IMG/VR virus record: IMGVR_UViG_3300028829_005098
Location: 32,001-96,000 of that record
Source: a virus
DNA length: 64,000 bases
Reading direction: 5' to 3' (one strand)
The position numbers were made by a program, and so were the translations under genes. Positions 28,253 through 37,524 of the stretch are shown piece after piece. The number at the start of each line of letters is the position of its first letter. The first letter of the stretch is position 1. The notes under the pieces are model-generated. The model was given only the letters and a program-made list of their open reading frames with translations. It did no database searches and was not told where the DNA came from.

Positions 28253-28777
28253 CTATTCAGAATACCAATGATACAATGATGCTACTACCGCATCAAGCAT
28301 ATCATAATTTTTTTTATCATAATTTTTCTTAGTATTATAGTGAGTAAATTCAGATAAATCAAGCATATTATCTAAGTTGTTCTTAACAAATGTTTTGCTA
28401 TCTACACCAGATTCTCTTGATTTTCCAAAAACTGCTTTTCGCATTGTAGACACATTAATATGCTCTACTTCTATATTATACATCTCTTCTACTACATAAC
28501 TTATTATAGCATTACACTTTGCTAACTTTACAATAGTTTGTTGACTAGTTCTTCCTCCACCAAAACCACTTAACGAGTCTTCTACAATTATAAAGCAAGG
28601 TTGCAGTCGAGTATTTTTTAACTCATCTGCAACCTTGTGTGCTTTTTTCTTTATGGAGTTTTCTTTATTAACAGAAACAAATCCTGCGTGGATTATGTTT
28701 TCTTGGGAAGATGAAAAACAATAGCCTATTGTAGTTGAACTTATATCAAGTCCGAGAGATATTGGGTTATTTGACAT
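28253..28777 (-). CDS. RuvC-like Holliday junction resolvase
   Basis: LGLDISSTTIG, IIVED, DMLDAV RNase H-fold acidic residues. Confidence 0.8.
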   Translation of the reverse strand: MSNNPISLGLDISSTTIGYCFSSSQENIIHAGFVSVNKENSIKKKAHKVADELKNTRLQPCFIIVEDSLSGFGGGRTSQQTIVKLAKCNAIISYVVEEMYNIEVEHINVSTMRKAVFGKSRESGVDSKTFVKNNLDNMLDLSEFTHYNTKKNYDKKNYDMLDAVVASLYHWYSE

Positions 28778-28782
28778 ACCAA

Positions 28783-28811
28783 ATGATATGTCAAAAATTT
28801 TTAAAGGTCAA
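28783..28811 (-). promoter_or_regulatory. Sigma70-like promoter TTGACC-N17-TATCAT, 5 nt before ATG
   Basis: -35 at 28806-28811, -10 at 28783-28788; heads the resolvase-primase-Mre11/Rad50 operon. Confidence 0.65.
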
Positions 28812-28813
28812 TG

Positions 28814-29404
28814 TTATTCAACACCTGAACGTGAGTTTCCGAGAACACTTGATCCGGATGACATTGCACCTGAACCTTGAGTTGCTACAAGTGACGTCAT
28901 CCATTCTTGGTATCTTTCGGTATCAAAACTTGTTCCACCACCTGAACGATAAAAACTACCTTTAGCAGCTGCTTCAGGACTACCTCCTCCGTAATCACTA
29001 TAAGTTGACATACCACGACTTATTTTGGTTGTGAATCCTGATATTGTTGATGATCCACCAAAACTATCGTTCATAGCTGCATCTACATCAGAGTTACCTC
29101 TATAAATGCCCTGTTCAGATGATTTAATTGCCTGTCCATAACCAAAGAAGTTAACACCTTGACCACGACCTGTTGCATTTGCAAATGAATTAAGTTGTGG
29201 TGCAGCCCCCGCTATTGGTGATGGCATAGATTCTCTGTAAAATGTTCCTTTGAGTTTTCCAGGTACTCCGTTTCCTCCGAAACGACCTTCAATACCACCA
29301 CGACGTCTTGAAAATCCACTTTGAAAGTCAACAAGACCTTTCCCACTGTCTAAACTATTTGCTTTAGTTGCTCCAGTTCCCATTCTTTTATCTTCGCCTG
29401 CCAT
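28814..29404 (-). CDS. Gly/Ser-rich hypothetical protein, probably virion-associated
   Basis: Own ATATTTAT motif (29448-29455) and strong AAAGGAG SD. Confidence 0.75.
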   Translation of the reverse strand: MAGEDKRMGTGATKANSLDSGKGLVDFQSGFSRRRGGIEGRFGGNGVPGKLKGTFYRESMPSPIAGAAPQLNSFANATGRGQGVNFFGYGQAIKSSEQGIYRGNSDVDAAMNDSFGGSSTISGFTTKISRGMSTYSDYGGGSPEAAAKGSFYRSGGGTSFDTERYQEWMTSLVATQGSGAMSSGSSVLGNSRSGVE

Positions 29405-29467
29405 AATATTTGTCTCCTTTTTTATTTTTTAGTTAAATAAGTTTAATATAAATATACCACTATAATC

Positions 29468-32400
29468 TCAAACGTCATATTTTATCAAAAAATTTATTGG
29501 GTAATTTGGAATAATTTTCACAGGTTTAGCAAGTTTAGCAGTCATAACTAAATCAGGACCATCATATAAACCTACGGTTGTAGCATATGGTGCTAAATAA
29601 CTACCCTTTTTATCCTGCTTGTTTTTCTCTTCATAATCCAAGAAATTGTTTAATATTTTACGACCATTGTATTTTCCTGTTTTTTGATCTAAATATTCTA
29701 TAATTTGATAAGCATTGGGTCTTTTTATATTTCTATAAAACGGACTTACTAATCCATCGGTGAGTGCTTTTCCTGTTCTTCCGACAAAATATCTTGCAAG
29801 AAGTTTTGCGTCCGATGCACCAACCACACCGTCACCGTCAATATCAAGACCATTCATACCTAAAAGTCTTAATGCATCTAGTCTATCTAGTATTTTTAAA
29901 TCTTCTTCTTTTGAATTATTATTATTTACAGTAAGGTTATTTAAAATATTCATAATAATAACATCATCTGCTTCACTAATAATAACATCATCATTTGGCC
30001 ATTTGGCATCTTGCTCAAGCACTAAACTATTATCCACTTCAGCTGATGTGTCTTCTGTTTCACTTACTCGTTTAAATGAACCTAGAATATAACGATATAT
30101 ATAAGATAAATCAACTATATCAAATTTTCCGTCATCTGTTACATCAAAGTCAATATCTTCAATTTCTACCGAACTTGGATTTGTACTAACATTAAACTCA
30201 TGTGGATTGACTTTACATACCACTTCATTTTCATATATAGAATTTATTCCATCAAATGAAATTTCATATCCACGCCTACCACCGAGTGAAAGCATATTGC
30301 TAAAATACTCAGTAAGTTCAGTAATAACTGCGATACCATTTTTATAAAATACATTTCCAACATAAACTCTATCTCCGTCACGAATAGTTTTTACGTCATA
30401 TGATATAACCGATCCTTCAACTTGTAATTCGTTATGTTCTAAATTTCCCCAAATAATATCACCACGTTGAGAAAATACATGAGAACAATTATCAAACGAC
30501 ACAATGTTATCATCACCGAAACTTGATATTTGATCTATTGGCCAATCACCAAGAACGGGATTTCCAACATAAATTCGTGTTGAACTTAAAGAAACACTTT
30601 CTCCATATTGAGTTTTGACATTGTTTTTTTCTTTAACACTAACAATTTCTTTTATTGTATAAAGATTATCAGCATCGTCTATTCTATAATATTTTGCACA
30701 ACCTTGTATACTATTTCGTTTAATATTATATATAAATTCTATTTCCTCGGTTGGATCAAACAAATGTCCAATCGTTTTTACAAAGAAACAAATCTTACTA
30801 TTTTCAAATTTGGTTTTATCACGATATACACCACGTGTAAGTGTTCCGTTTCCGTCTGTATCTATATAGTTTTTTTCGGAATAAATAAATGATGCTCGTA
30901 TTTCAAAGTCAGAGATAGTTTCTAAGTCAATATCTGTAATTGATTTTGTATCAATGCATATCATCATGTCTACTTGATTCAAACCTAGATATTCATATTC
31001 AAAAGATGTAAATAAACTTTGGACAACTGTATAAAATTCTTCCGAATTATTTTCTACTCCAAGTTTATAATCAGGAATTTTAAATTCTTTGCCTTCGTTT
31101 AATATCTGTATTCTACTTTGGTCTGTACATGGTGATCCAATTAATAAATCATTTCCTATTAACGATACATCACAACCGAATTTATTATTGTATCTCCGTT
31201 CAACATCATCGTCTTCGTATATCTTTCTTATATAATTTAATGTATTATCTTCAATCTTATACATCCACACAGATCCTGCTGAGAAAGAAATTCCCTGCGT
31301 TAACTCTACATCCGTGTCTACATATTTCCTATCATTTGAATCTCCGATGAATATATACTTTCCATTAGTTTCAAGTGATGTACCAAAGTTACTATATTTA
31401 TTTTCAAAATATTTATATGGATATTTTACCATATCTTTTCTAGATTCTACATTTACTATCTTTGGATTTATTGAAAAACTAATTACAGATGGTGTTCCCA
31501 CTAAAAATGATCCCAAATATCTGCCTATATATATATTATGGTCTCCTGCGTCAATATCATCAAATTTAATTGTAAATTTGTTTGAACTATCTATAACATT
31601 TCCATTGTGTAAAATTCTACTATTATACTTATCCGTTCCTTCACCGAATAGTTTATCTATTCTATATATAAATCCTTTACCGGTGGATTCTGCAACCTGC
31701 TTTGTTTCCACTTCAATAGTTATTGAATCATCATTAACTTCATACTTTATTTTATTAAAATAGTCTTGAGATAAAATTAACTTACTTGAATCGTAGTTGT
31801 AAATTTCATTCTTATAAAATGACTGAATATGTTTCCAAATATCGCAACTTCCTGTTTCAGATGGTCTTTTTCTAAATAAATATGCTTTTTTGTCATCGGT
31901 GTCAGGTGTAGTAGATAATAAAACATCACCAAACAGTTTTACCTTTTGTCCGAGTTTCTGTGACCCACTTGCTCTTACAATTGAAACAAGTTCCCATGTA
32001 ACATCACCTATTCCATATTTTGGTGTTTTGTTACCATTCTGAAATTCATGGTATTCAGGTATAGGAAAGTTTGTTTCAAACCCGAATGATGCTATATCTT
32101 CTTCCGAATCAAATTTTGATATTGTGTTTTCCTCACATTCATCAGGTTCACTTCCGAAATAAGTTAATTCATATTCAGACGGAGATGCATTTGTTATTTT
32201 CCAACGATGTGTATTTTCATTTAGTTCTTTTAACTTATCGCAGACAGGATAACCTTTGTATATATTTTCTATATCATTAAAACAATATCCACTATACGAA
32301 TCATTTATTCTATACCAAGGTGTATTTTCATCTCTTAGTTTCTTTTCAAAAATATATATAGCACCTTCATCATTATACATACCAGGTGCCCCGATTGCCA

Positions 32401-33595
32401 TAAAGTTACCATATATTGAAATAGACGAACCAAATAATGAACCAGGATCACCTTCTAGTATATTGGTCATTCCCCAGTTTTCCGAACCACCCTTGTCTAT
32501 GTCATATAAAAAAACATGACCCTGTCTTGATTCATTACAATCACCGTGAATGTGAGATCGAGGTGAACCAATTGCACAAGTCCCATTTTTTAATTCAACC
32601 GCACTTCCAAATTCATCGTTTATTGAATAGTTTTTTCCACCGAGTATTTTACCAAGTTCTGTAACAAGAAATCCACTTGAGTTTAATTCCGATTCTTCAA
32701 TTAACCCCTGTTGTGTAAATGGACACTTAAATTCACGAACACTTCTAAATTCCTTTGTGTTTTCATCGTATCTAAATAAACTAGCTGTTCCTGTTAAATA
32801 GTCACTTGGAGAATCTTGATACATAGGTGCTCCTGATAAAACATAATCTCCATCCGATGCCATCACACTCCCAACACTCATATCAGACGAATTAAAATTT
32901 TCATCTGTGTATTTAAAGTTTAATCTGTCAGAGTTGCTTCTAGTTATTTTTTTAATTTCATTGAATGAGTTACCACTTATTACCAAGTTGGTTGACCCAT
33001 CATCCACGATTTCAATAACACCATATGGTGAAGAATAGTCTGTAATTCTAAAGTTGTTTGGTTTTATTTTTTCACCAAACTGATTTTTGGAAAACTCAAT
33101 AACTAAAATATCATCTTTAATAATACGTCTTTCGTATTTATCTTTTATGTTACCAAACGCATCACTCTCACTATCATCTACTTTGTATTGTCCTGTTTCC
33201 GAACCAAATACCATCAATGGATTTTTGACGTCGGTTTCGTTTTCATAAATACCATAGTTGTTATAGAATAAATGTTTTACAGAATTATATACATTTCTAT
33301 AATATGTTCCGTCTATATTTATTGGTTCTTTTGTTTCATCATAAAAAATATGATTATGCGGATAAAAAGTACCATCTATTCGTTTTCCCCTACGAATTTT
33401 TACTTTAGTATTATTTGCATTTTGTTCGGTTGCGAGACTTTGTGCTTCGTTTAGAACTAAAGGTATTCTATCACCATCAAGGTTAGTTTGTTCAAGAGAA
33501 ATTCCACCAAGAGAATTTATTGTTGAATACTTCCAAGATTTATTAGATTTGAATTTCCTAACTACCTTGTCAGAAACCTTTAGATTTTTAATCAT
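29468..33595 (-). CDS. Baseplate/tail-tip protein with FG-GAP-like propeller repeats and dockerin/EF-hand-like loops
   Basis: Repeats such as FGSAVEL..AIGSP, FGSSISI..AIGAPG..GAIYIF, FGCDVSL..LIGSP; DVTDDGKFDIVDL and DIDGDGVVGASDA; C-terminal PYATTVGLY..MTAKLAKP. Confidence 0.75.
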   Translation of the reverse strand: MIKNLKVSDKVVRKFKSNKSWKYSTINSLGGISLEQTNLDGDRIPLVLNEAQSLATEQNANNTKVKIRRGKRIDGTFYPHNHIFYDETKEPINIDGTYYRNVYNSVKHLFYNNYGIYENETDVKNPLMVFGSETGQYKVDDSESDAFGNIKDKYERRIIKDDILVIEFSKNQFGEKIKPNNFRITDYSSPYGVIEIVDDGSTNLVISGNSFNEIKKITRSNSDRLNFKYTDENFNSSDMSVGSVMASDGDYVLSGAPMYQDSPSDYLTGTASLFRYDENTKEFRSVREFKCPFTQQGLIEESELNSSGFLVTELGKILGGKNYSINDEFGSAVELKNGTCAIGSPRSHIHGDCNESRQGHVFLYDIDKGGSENWGMTNILEGDPGSLFGSSISIYGNFMAIGAPGMYNDEGAIYIFEKKLRDENTPWYRINDSYSGYCFNDIENIYKGYPVCDKLKELNENTHRWKITNASPSEYELTYFGSEPDECEENTISKFDSEEDIASFGFETNFPIPEYHEFQNGNKTPKYGIGDVTWELVSIVRASGSQKLGQKVKLFGDVLLSTTPDTDDKKAYLFRKRPSETGSCDIWKHIQSFYKNEIYNYDSSKLILSQDYFNKIKYEVNDDSITIEVETKQVAESTGKGFIYRIDKLFGEGTDKYNSRILHNGNVIDSSNKFTIKFDDIDAGDHNIYIGRYLGSFLVGTPSVISFSINPKIVNVESRKDMVKYPYKYFENKYSNFGTSLETNGKYIFIGDSNDRKYVDTDVELTQGISFSAGSVWMYKIEDNTLNYIRKIYEDDDVERRYNNKFGCDVSLIGNDLLIGSPCTDQSRIQILNEGKEFKIPDYKLGVENNSEEFYTVVQSLFTSFEYEYLGLNQVDMMICIDTKSITDIDLETISDFEIRASFIYSEKNYIDTDGNGTLTRGVYRDKTKFENSKICFFVKTIGHLFDPTEEIEFIYNIKRNSIQGCAKYYRIDDADNLYTIKEIVSVKEKNNVKTQYGESVSLSSTRIYVGNPVLGDWPIDQISSFGDDNIVSFDNCSHVFSQRGDIIWGNLEHNELQVEGSVISYDVKTIRDGDRVYVGNVFYKNGIAVITELTEYFSNMLSLGGRRGYEISFDGINSIYENEVVCKVNPHEFNVSTNPSSVEIEDIDFDVTDDGKFDIVDLSYIYRYILGSFKRVSETEDTSAEVDNSLVLEQDAKWPNDDVIISEADDVIIMNILNNLTVNNNNSKEEDLKILDRLDALRLLGMNGLDIDGDGVVGASDAKLLARYFVGRTGKALTDGLVSPFYRNIKRPNAYQIIEYLDQKTGKYNGRKILNNFLDYEEKNKQDKKGSYLAPYATTVGLYDGPDLVMTAKLAKPVKIIPNYPINFLIKYDV

Positions 33596-33599
33596 AAAT

Positions 33600-33607
33600 A
33601 TAAATAT
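33600..33607 (-). promoter_or_regulatory. Candidate late promoter ATATTTAT, 4 nt before ATG
   Basis: ATATTTAT-ATTT-ATG, no SD. Confidence 0.6.
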
Positions 33608-33627
33608 ATTTATATTTAATTATTCAG

Positions 33628-35124
33628 TTAGAAATCTAGTTTGACTTTAATTAATGTCTCAGTATCAAAACTTTTTAAAACAGGAACACTTAATTTAGCA
33701 ACTGCAACTAACTCATTATTTTCAGTATATAGTCCTATTGTAGTAATATATGTTTTTGGATCATTTGCAAATGCGTCAAATCTAAGTCTTCCGGTAAAAT
33801 ACTCAAGAGGCAATCCGTTGGATGTTGCTAATTCTCTTGCTTCTTTATTTTGGAATATATAAGTTGGATTATTACTATAATTAAAATCAGAATTTCTTAC
33901 ACGAATAAAATAATGCTTTGATGGAATTAGTTCGCTGCTTCTACTTTTAAAGTCACCACCCAATTTGAACATATAAAATAGTTTCATAAAGTTTTGGTGA
34001 TTTCTTTCAATACCGAACTTTACGTCATCAGAGTAATCAGAACTAGAAGAATCCTGATCAACTGATCCATACCATGAAATAACCCTTCCACAATTTTCTT
34101 CTCGTTTTGGAAATATATTACTCTTGGTTGGTGTAAACCATTCATCATACCATTGCTCAATTCGTGAACCGAATTCGCATGAAAGAGCATATGGATTTAA
34201 AATAACAAGACCGAGGTCAGGATATAATAGTCCGAAACCTTCACCAGAACCTTCACCTGTTCCAACCGCATACTTATCAGACTCCTGTGGATTTCCGTCT
34301 GCAAGTGTTCCTTTTATTATGTTAAAAGATTTTTCTACTTTTTTCTCTCCCGTAGTTGATAGTAGTGTTTGTTCATATCGTGAATCATCACGGAATGTCT
34401 GTGTGAATGTCTTTTCAATAAACTCACTGTTTCCATTTTCCTCATACGAAAATCTTGCAGTTAATGCAAGAGTGAATTCTAAATTTCCTTCATCAATTTT
34501 TTCTTTTAATGCAGAAGATGCAAAATTTAATACAAAAATAGAATCTCTATTTTTACCCGAAAGACTTGCATTATCGGATGTGAATGTAAATTGATCATCA
34601 CCTGGTCCTAATAATATGTTTCTATATTGAGAATAAATTGCTTTTGTTACAGATGCGGTTTTTGTGCCTCTACGACTTCCGTATCCATTTTTATTTCCAT
34701 AAGAAATGGAGAATTGTAGTTCAGAGTTTTCATTTTCAAGTTCACCGATAGTCGGTTCTTCATTATATACATTTACATAGTAGTCACCGTATCTAATCTG
34801 ATGCCAAAATCCTTCATGGTAATTACTTGTAACATCTGTGGTTGGGTTGTAGTCCTGTATTAGAAACTTAGAATCAAAATTTGTATAATCTGGACTTGCA
34901 ACATAATTACCTTCGGTGAGTTCATCTGAACCAAGACTTATTAAATCAGAGTTATCTTCTTCTGTGCCTGCACCTGATTTTACATATTTAGTTAATTCTG
35001 AACTTACTTCTCTTTCGTCAAAATACATTCCAATAAGTTGAAATCCTTCCGAGAAACTTCCTGTGGAAATTTTTTGTGACCTACCGAATACTTTATCGGC
35101 ATCTTCTATTTGTTTATAGATCAT
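33628..35124 (-). CDS. Baseplate/tail structural protein
   Basis: FNYSNNP and TYITTIGLYTENNELVAVAKLSVP C-terminus paralogous to that of the downstream gene. Confidence 0.75.
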   Translation of the reverse strand: MIYKQIEDADKVFGRSQKISTGSFSEGFQLIGMYFDEREVSSELTKYVKSGAGTEEDNSDLISLGSDELTEGNYVASPDYTNFDSKFLIQDYNPTTDVTSNYHEGFWHQIRYGDYYVNVYNEEPTIGELENENSELQFSISYGNKNGYGSRRGTKTASVTKAIYSQYRNILLGPGDDQFTFTSDNASLSGKNRDSIFVLNFASSALKEKIDEGNLEFTLALTARFSYEENGNSEFIEKTFTQTFRDDSRYEQTLLSTTGEKKVEKSFNIIKGTLADGNPQESDKYAVGTGEGSGEGFGLLYPDLGLVILNPYALSCEFGSRIEQWYDEWFTPTKSNIFPKREENCGRVISWYGSVDQDSSSSDYSDDVKFGIERNHQNFMKLFYMFKLGGDFKSRSSELIPSKHYFIRVRNSDFNYSNNPTYIFQNKEARELATSNGLPLEYFTGRLRFDAFANDPKTYITTIGLYTENNELVAVAKLSVPVLKSFDTETLIKVKLDF

Positions 35125-35780
35125 AGTGAGTCAGATACTCCACTTTCTGCGATTGAATCAGTAAGAACTCTTACTGGAATTGTTACTGAACCACCACTTT
35201 CGTTTCCAATTATTGTAAGTGTTGCGGTTCTATCTTTGTCAATAGATGCATTGGGTCTAAATGTAAAATTTAATCCAACAACCGTTTGTGCTTGTTCACT
35301 TGAAGTATCACCCAAAAATAATGCCGAAGATGATGCAACGGTTCCCTCTACACCTTCACCTGTTAAAGTTCCTACTCGTCTATCACTTAAAACCGCAGTA
35401 TAACCAAGAGTTGTATTATACACCGGATCAGTTGTCGGAGAAATAGTAACCGTACCGTTATAGTTTTTATCAAGTGTGATGCTTTGTTGTCCAAGTTTGA
35501 TAAGAGGAATATATTGAGTTCCAGGTGGTAGTGTTACAAGTTTATATTTCAATGCTTGTGTTTCATCAGTAAGTGGTTCAAATACTGGTAGACTTCTTAT
35601 AGCCGCATCATAATATTGTGTTCCTGCAGGGTGGTTTGGATCATACAATGTATAATCTATTTCATCGTCTGCTAGAGCAAAGCTTGTAATATTGAGGCCA
35701 GATTCAGATGCAAGTAATTCTCTTCCCCTTTTTGTTAAAGTTGCTTCAACCGTAATTGTCTCGTTATTTAAGTAACCCAT
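35121..35780 (-). CDS. Baseplate/tail-fibre attachment-like protein
   Basis: LTKRGRELLA..ITSFALADDEIDY N-terminus; beta-rich C-terminus. Confidence 0.7.
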   Translation of the reverse strand: MGYLNNETITVEATLTKRGRELLASESGLNITSFALADDEIDYTLYDPNHPAGTQYYDAAIRSLPVFEPLTDETQALKYKLVTLPPGTQYIPLIKLGQQSITLDKNYNGTVTISPTTDPVYNTTLGYTAVLSDRRVGTLTGEGVEGTVASSSALFLGDTSSEQAQTVVGLNFTFRPNASIDKDRTATLTIIGNESGGSVTIPVRVLTDSIAESGVSDSL

Positions 35781-35813
35781 ATTAAATATATATATTCAGT
35801 TAGTTCTAATTTA

Positions 35814-35825
35814 ATAAATATTTAT
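35814..35825. promoter_or_regulatory. Palindrome ATAAATATTTAT containing the candidate late motif on both strands
   Basis: Intergenic, upstream of the 219-aa structural gene. Confidence 0.45.
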
Positions 35826-35858
35826 ATATCTATATTTTAATCGATAAAATAAGAAATG

Positions 35859-37523
35859 TCATTCCATTTCTCGCATTTCACCAGAAAAAGTCATAAATTT
35901 ACTATCTGCGAACGTTCTTGTTCCATCGTTTACACCACCCTTTATTGTAAATTTCTGCTCATTTAGTGATTCTTGTGTTTGTGATAACAATACCTGTTGT
36001 AGCATTTGTCCTGAATCTAATTGTTGTTGTGTTCTTGTATTATAGAAATTACTTGATTCAATATATTCTTCATCTTGCATATAATAAAAATTTAATCCAT
36101 CGTATTGATTTGGTTTTACAGAAGGAATAGTTTTTCTAATTGGTTCAAATGGTTTAGTACGACTTGTGTTATACAAATAAGATAATTCTGATTTTGCTTC
36201 TTGTCCTATTTCTACATCTCCATAATCAAGTATTTCCGAAAAAACAAATACACTATCAACATCACCACTAAATCTTCCAACTTCTAAATTCTTTAAGTTT
36301 GCTAAATCACGTTCGTGTCCTTCGTCAATTGATGCTCTATAAATATTATCTACAAATAATCTTGCTATTCCAGACGGATATAACATTAACACCAACCAAG
36401 TCCATTTATTTTTTTCAATTGTTACATCCTCAAATGTATTATCCATATACGACCATGTGCTAGTTCCATCTGTTAAATCTTTTTTTGTATTTTTCCATGT
36501 ATAACCAATTGTTCCTGTTATTGTTTCATCTCCTTCTTCTCCATTTGTATTTACAATCAACGCACATCTAGTATTTTGTTCTGGTGTATTTTTGAGCATA
36601 GAAGTTTTTGTGGATGTGTAAGATGAAGTCGATGTAGGAGTTGGTGAGGGTGTGGGTGTGGGTGTTGGTGTGGGTGTTGTTATTGTAGGGTTAGTTCCGA
36701 TAATTGTAGATGAAGGTTTTGATTCACCTACAAATTTTACCCATAGTGCGAATGTTAAAGCATTTGTTTCTATTGATGAACCACTTTTTTGTTCAATATA
36801 CTCACTTGGATTATATAGTTCAACATCTTCAACATTTGTAATATCATTTCCAAGTGATGCAAATGTTGATAATCCACGATTTTCTCCAGAATCTTTTATA
36901 TGACCATGTAAATGACCTGTTCTACCGTGGGTTGATAAATCTTTAACTCTGTAATGATTCCTAAAATCTGCATGAATTGCTGTTTTAGTAGGTGTGGGTG
37001 TTCTTGTGGGTGACGGAGTTGGTGTATTTGTGGGTGTGGGTGTTCTTGTGGGTGACGGAGTTGGTGTATTTGTGGGTGTGGGTGTTCTCGTGTGACTTGG
37101 AGTAAAAGTAGGAGTTTTACTTGGACTTGGTGTTGGTGTTTGTTGTGTAATTTCTGCACTCTGCGTTGTTAGATCTGCAATACCAATCCAACAGGTGTTA
37201 TCAAGTGGTAAACTATCATCACCATCGTCTATTAATGATAATTTTAAAGTAACTTCAGACGTATCACTTACATCGTTTCTTTCTACTTTTAATCCGTCGA
37301 AACTTAATATAACCGATTTATCTTGTTCTAATTTTATATTAAAGGACGAACCAAATTCAGTAAGTAATCTTACATTTTTTGAAAACCCAATCTTAAATAA
37401 GGCATCTACAAACAAACCGGATACAGTTGCAAGATCATCACCAAACTTCAAATACTTAATTTCATCGTCTCCGATTGTTGATTCAAATACATTAAAATTT
37501 TCAGAATTTATACATTCACCCAT
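35859..37523 (-). CDS. LamG/ConA-like domain protein with Pro-Thr repeats
   Basis: TFALWVK, KNKWTWLVL, ARLFVDN, FSGDVDSVFVFSEIL; two PT tracts. Confidence 0.7.
   Translation of the reverse strand: MGECINSENFNVFESTIGDDEIKYLKFGDDLATVSGLFVDALFKIGFSKNVRLLTEFGSSFNIKLEQDKSVILSFDGLKVERNDVSDTSEVTLKLSLIDDGDDSLPLDNTCWIGIADLTTQSAEITQQTPTPSPSKTPTFTPSHTRTPTPTNTPTPSPTRTPTPTNTPTPSPTRTPTPTKTAIHADFRNHYRVKDLSTHGRTGHLHGHIKDSGENRGLSTFASLGNDITNVEDVELYNPSEYIEQKSGSSIETNALTFALWVKFVGESKPSSTIIGTNPTITTPTPTPTPTPSPTPTSTSSYTSTKTSMLKNTPEQNTRCALIVNTNGEEGDETITGTIGYTWKNTKKDLTDGTSTWSYMDNTFEDVTIEKNKWTWLVLMLYPSGIARLFVDNIYRASIDEGHERDLANLKNLEVGRFSGDVDSVFVFSEILDYGDVEIGQEAKSELSYLYNTSRTKPFEPIRKTIPSVKPNQYDGLNFYYMQDEEYIESSNFYNTRTQQQLDSGQMLQQVLLSQTQESLNEQKFTIKGGVNDGTRTFADSKFMTFSGEMREME
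36991..37088. repeat. 42-bp tandem repeat, about 2.3 copies
   Basis: Identical units at 36991-37032 and 37033-37074, encoding a 14-aa [14 protein letters not shown] unit. Confidence 0.9.
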
Positions 37524-37524
37524 T

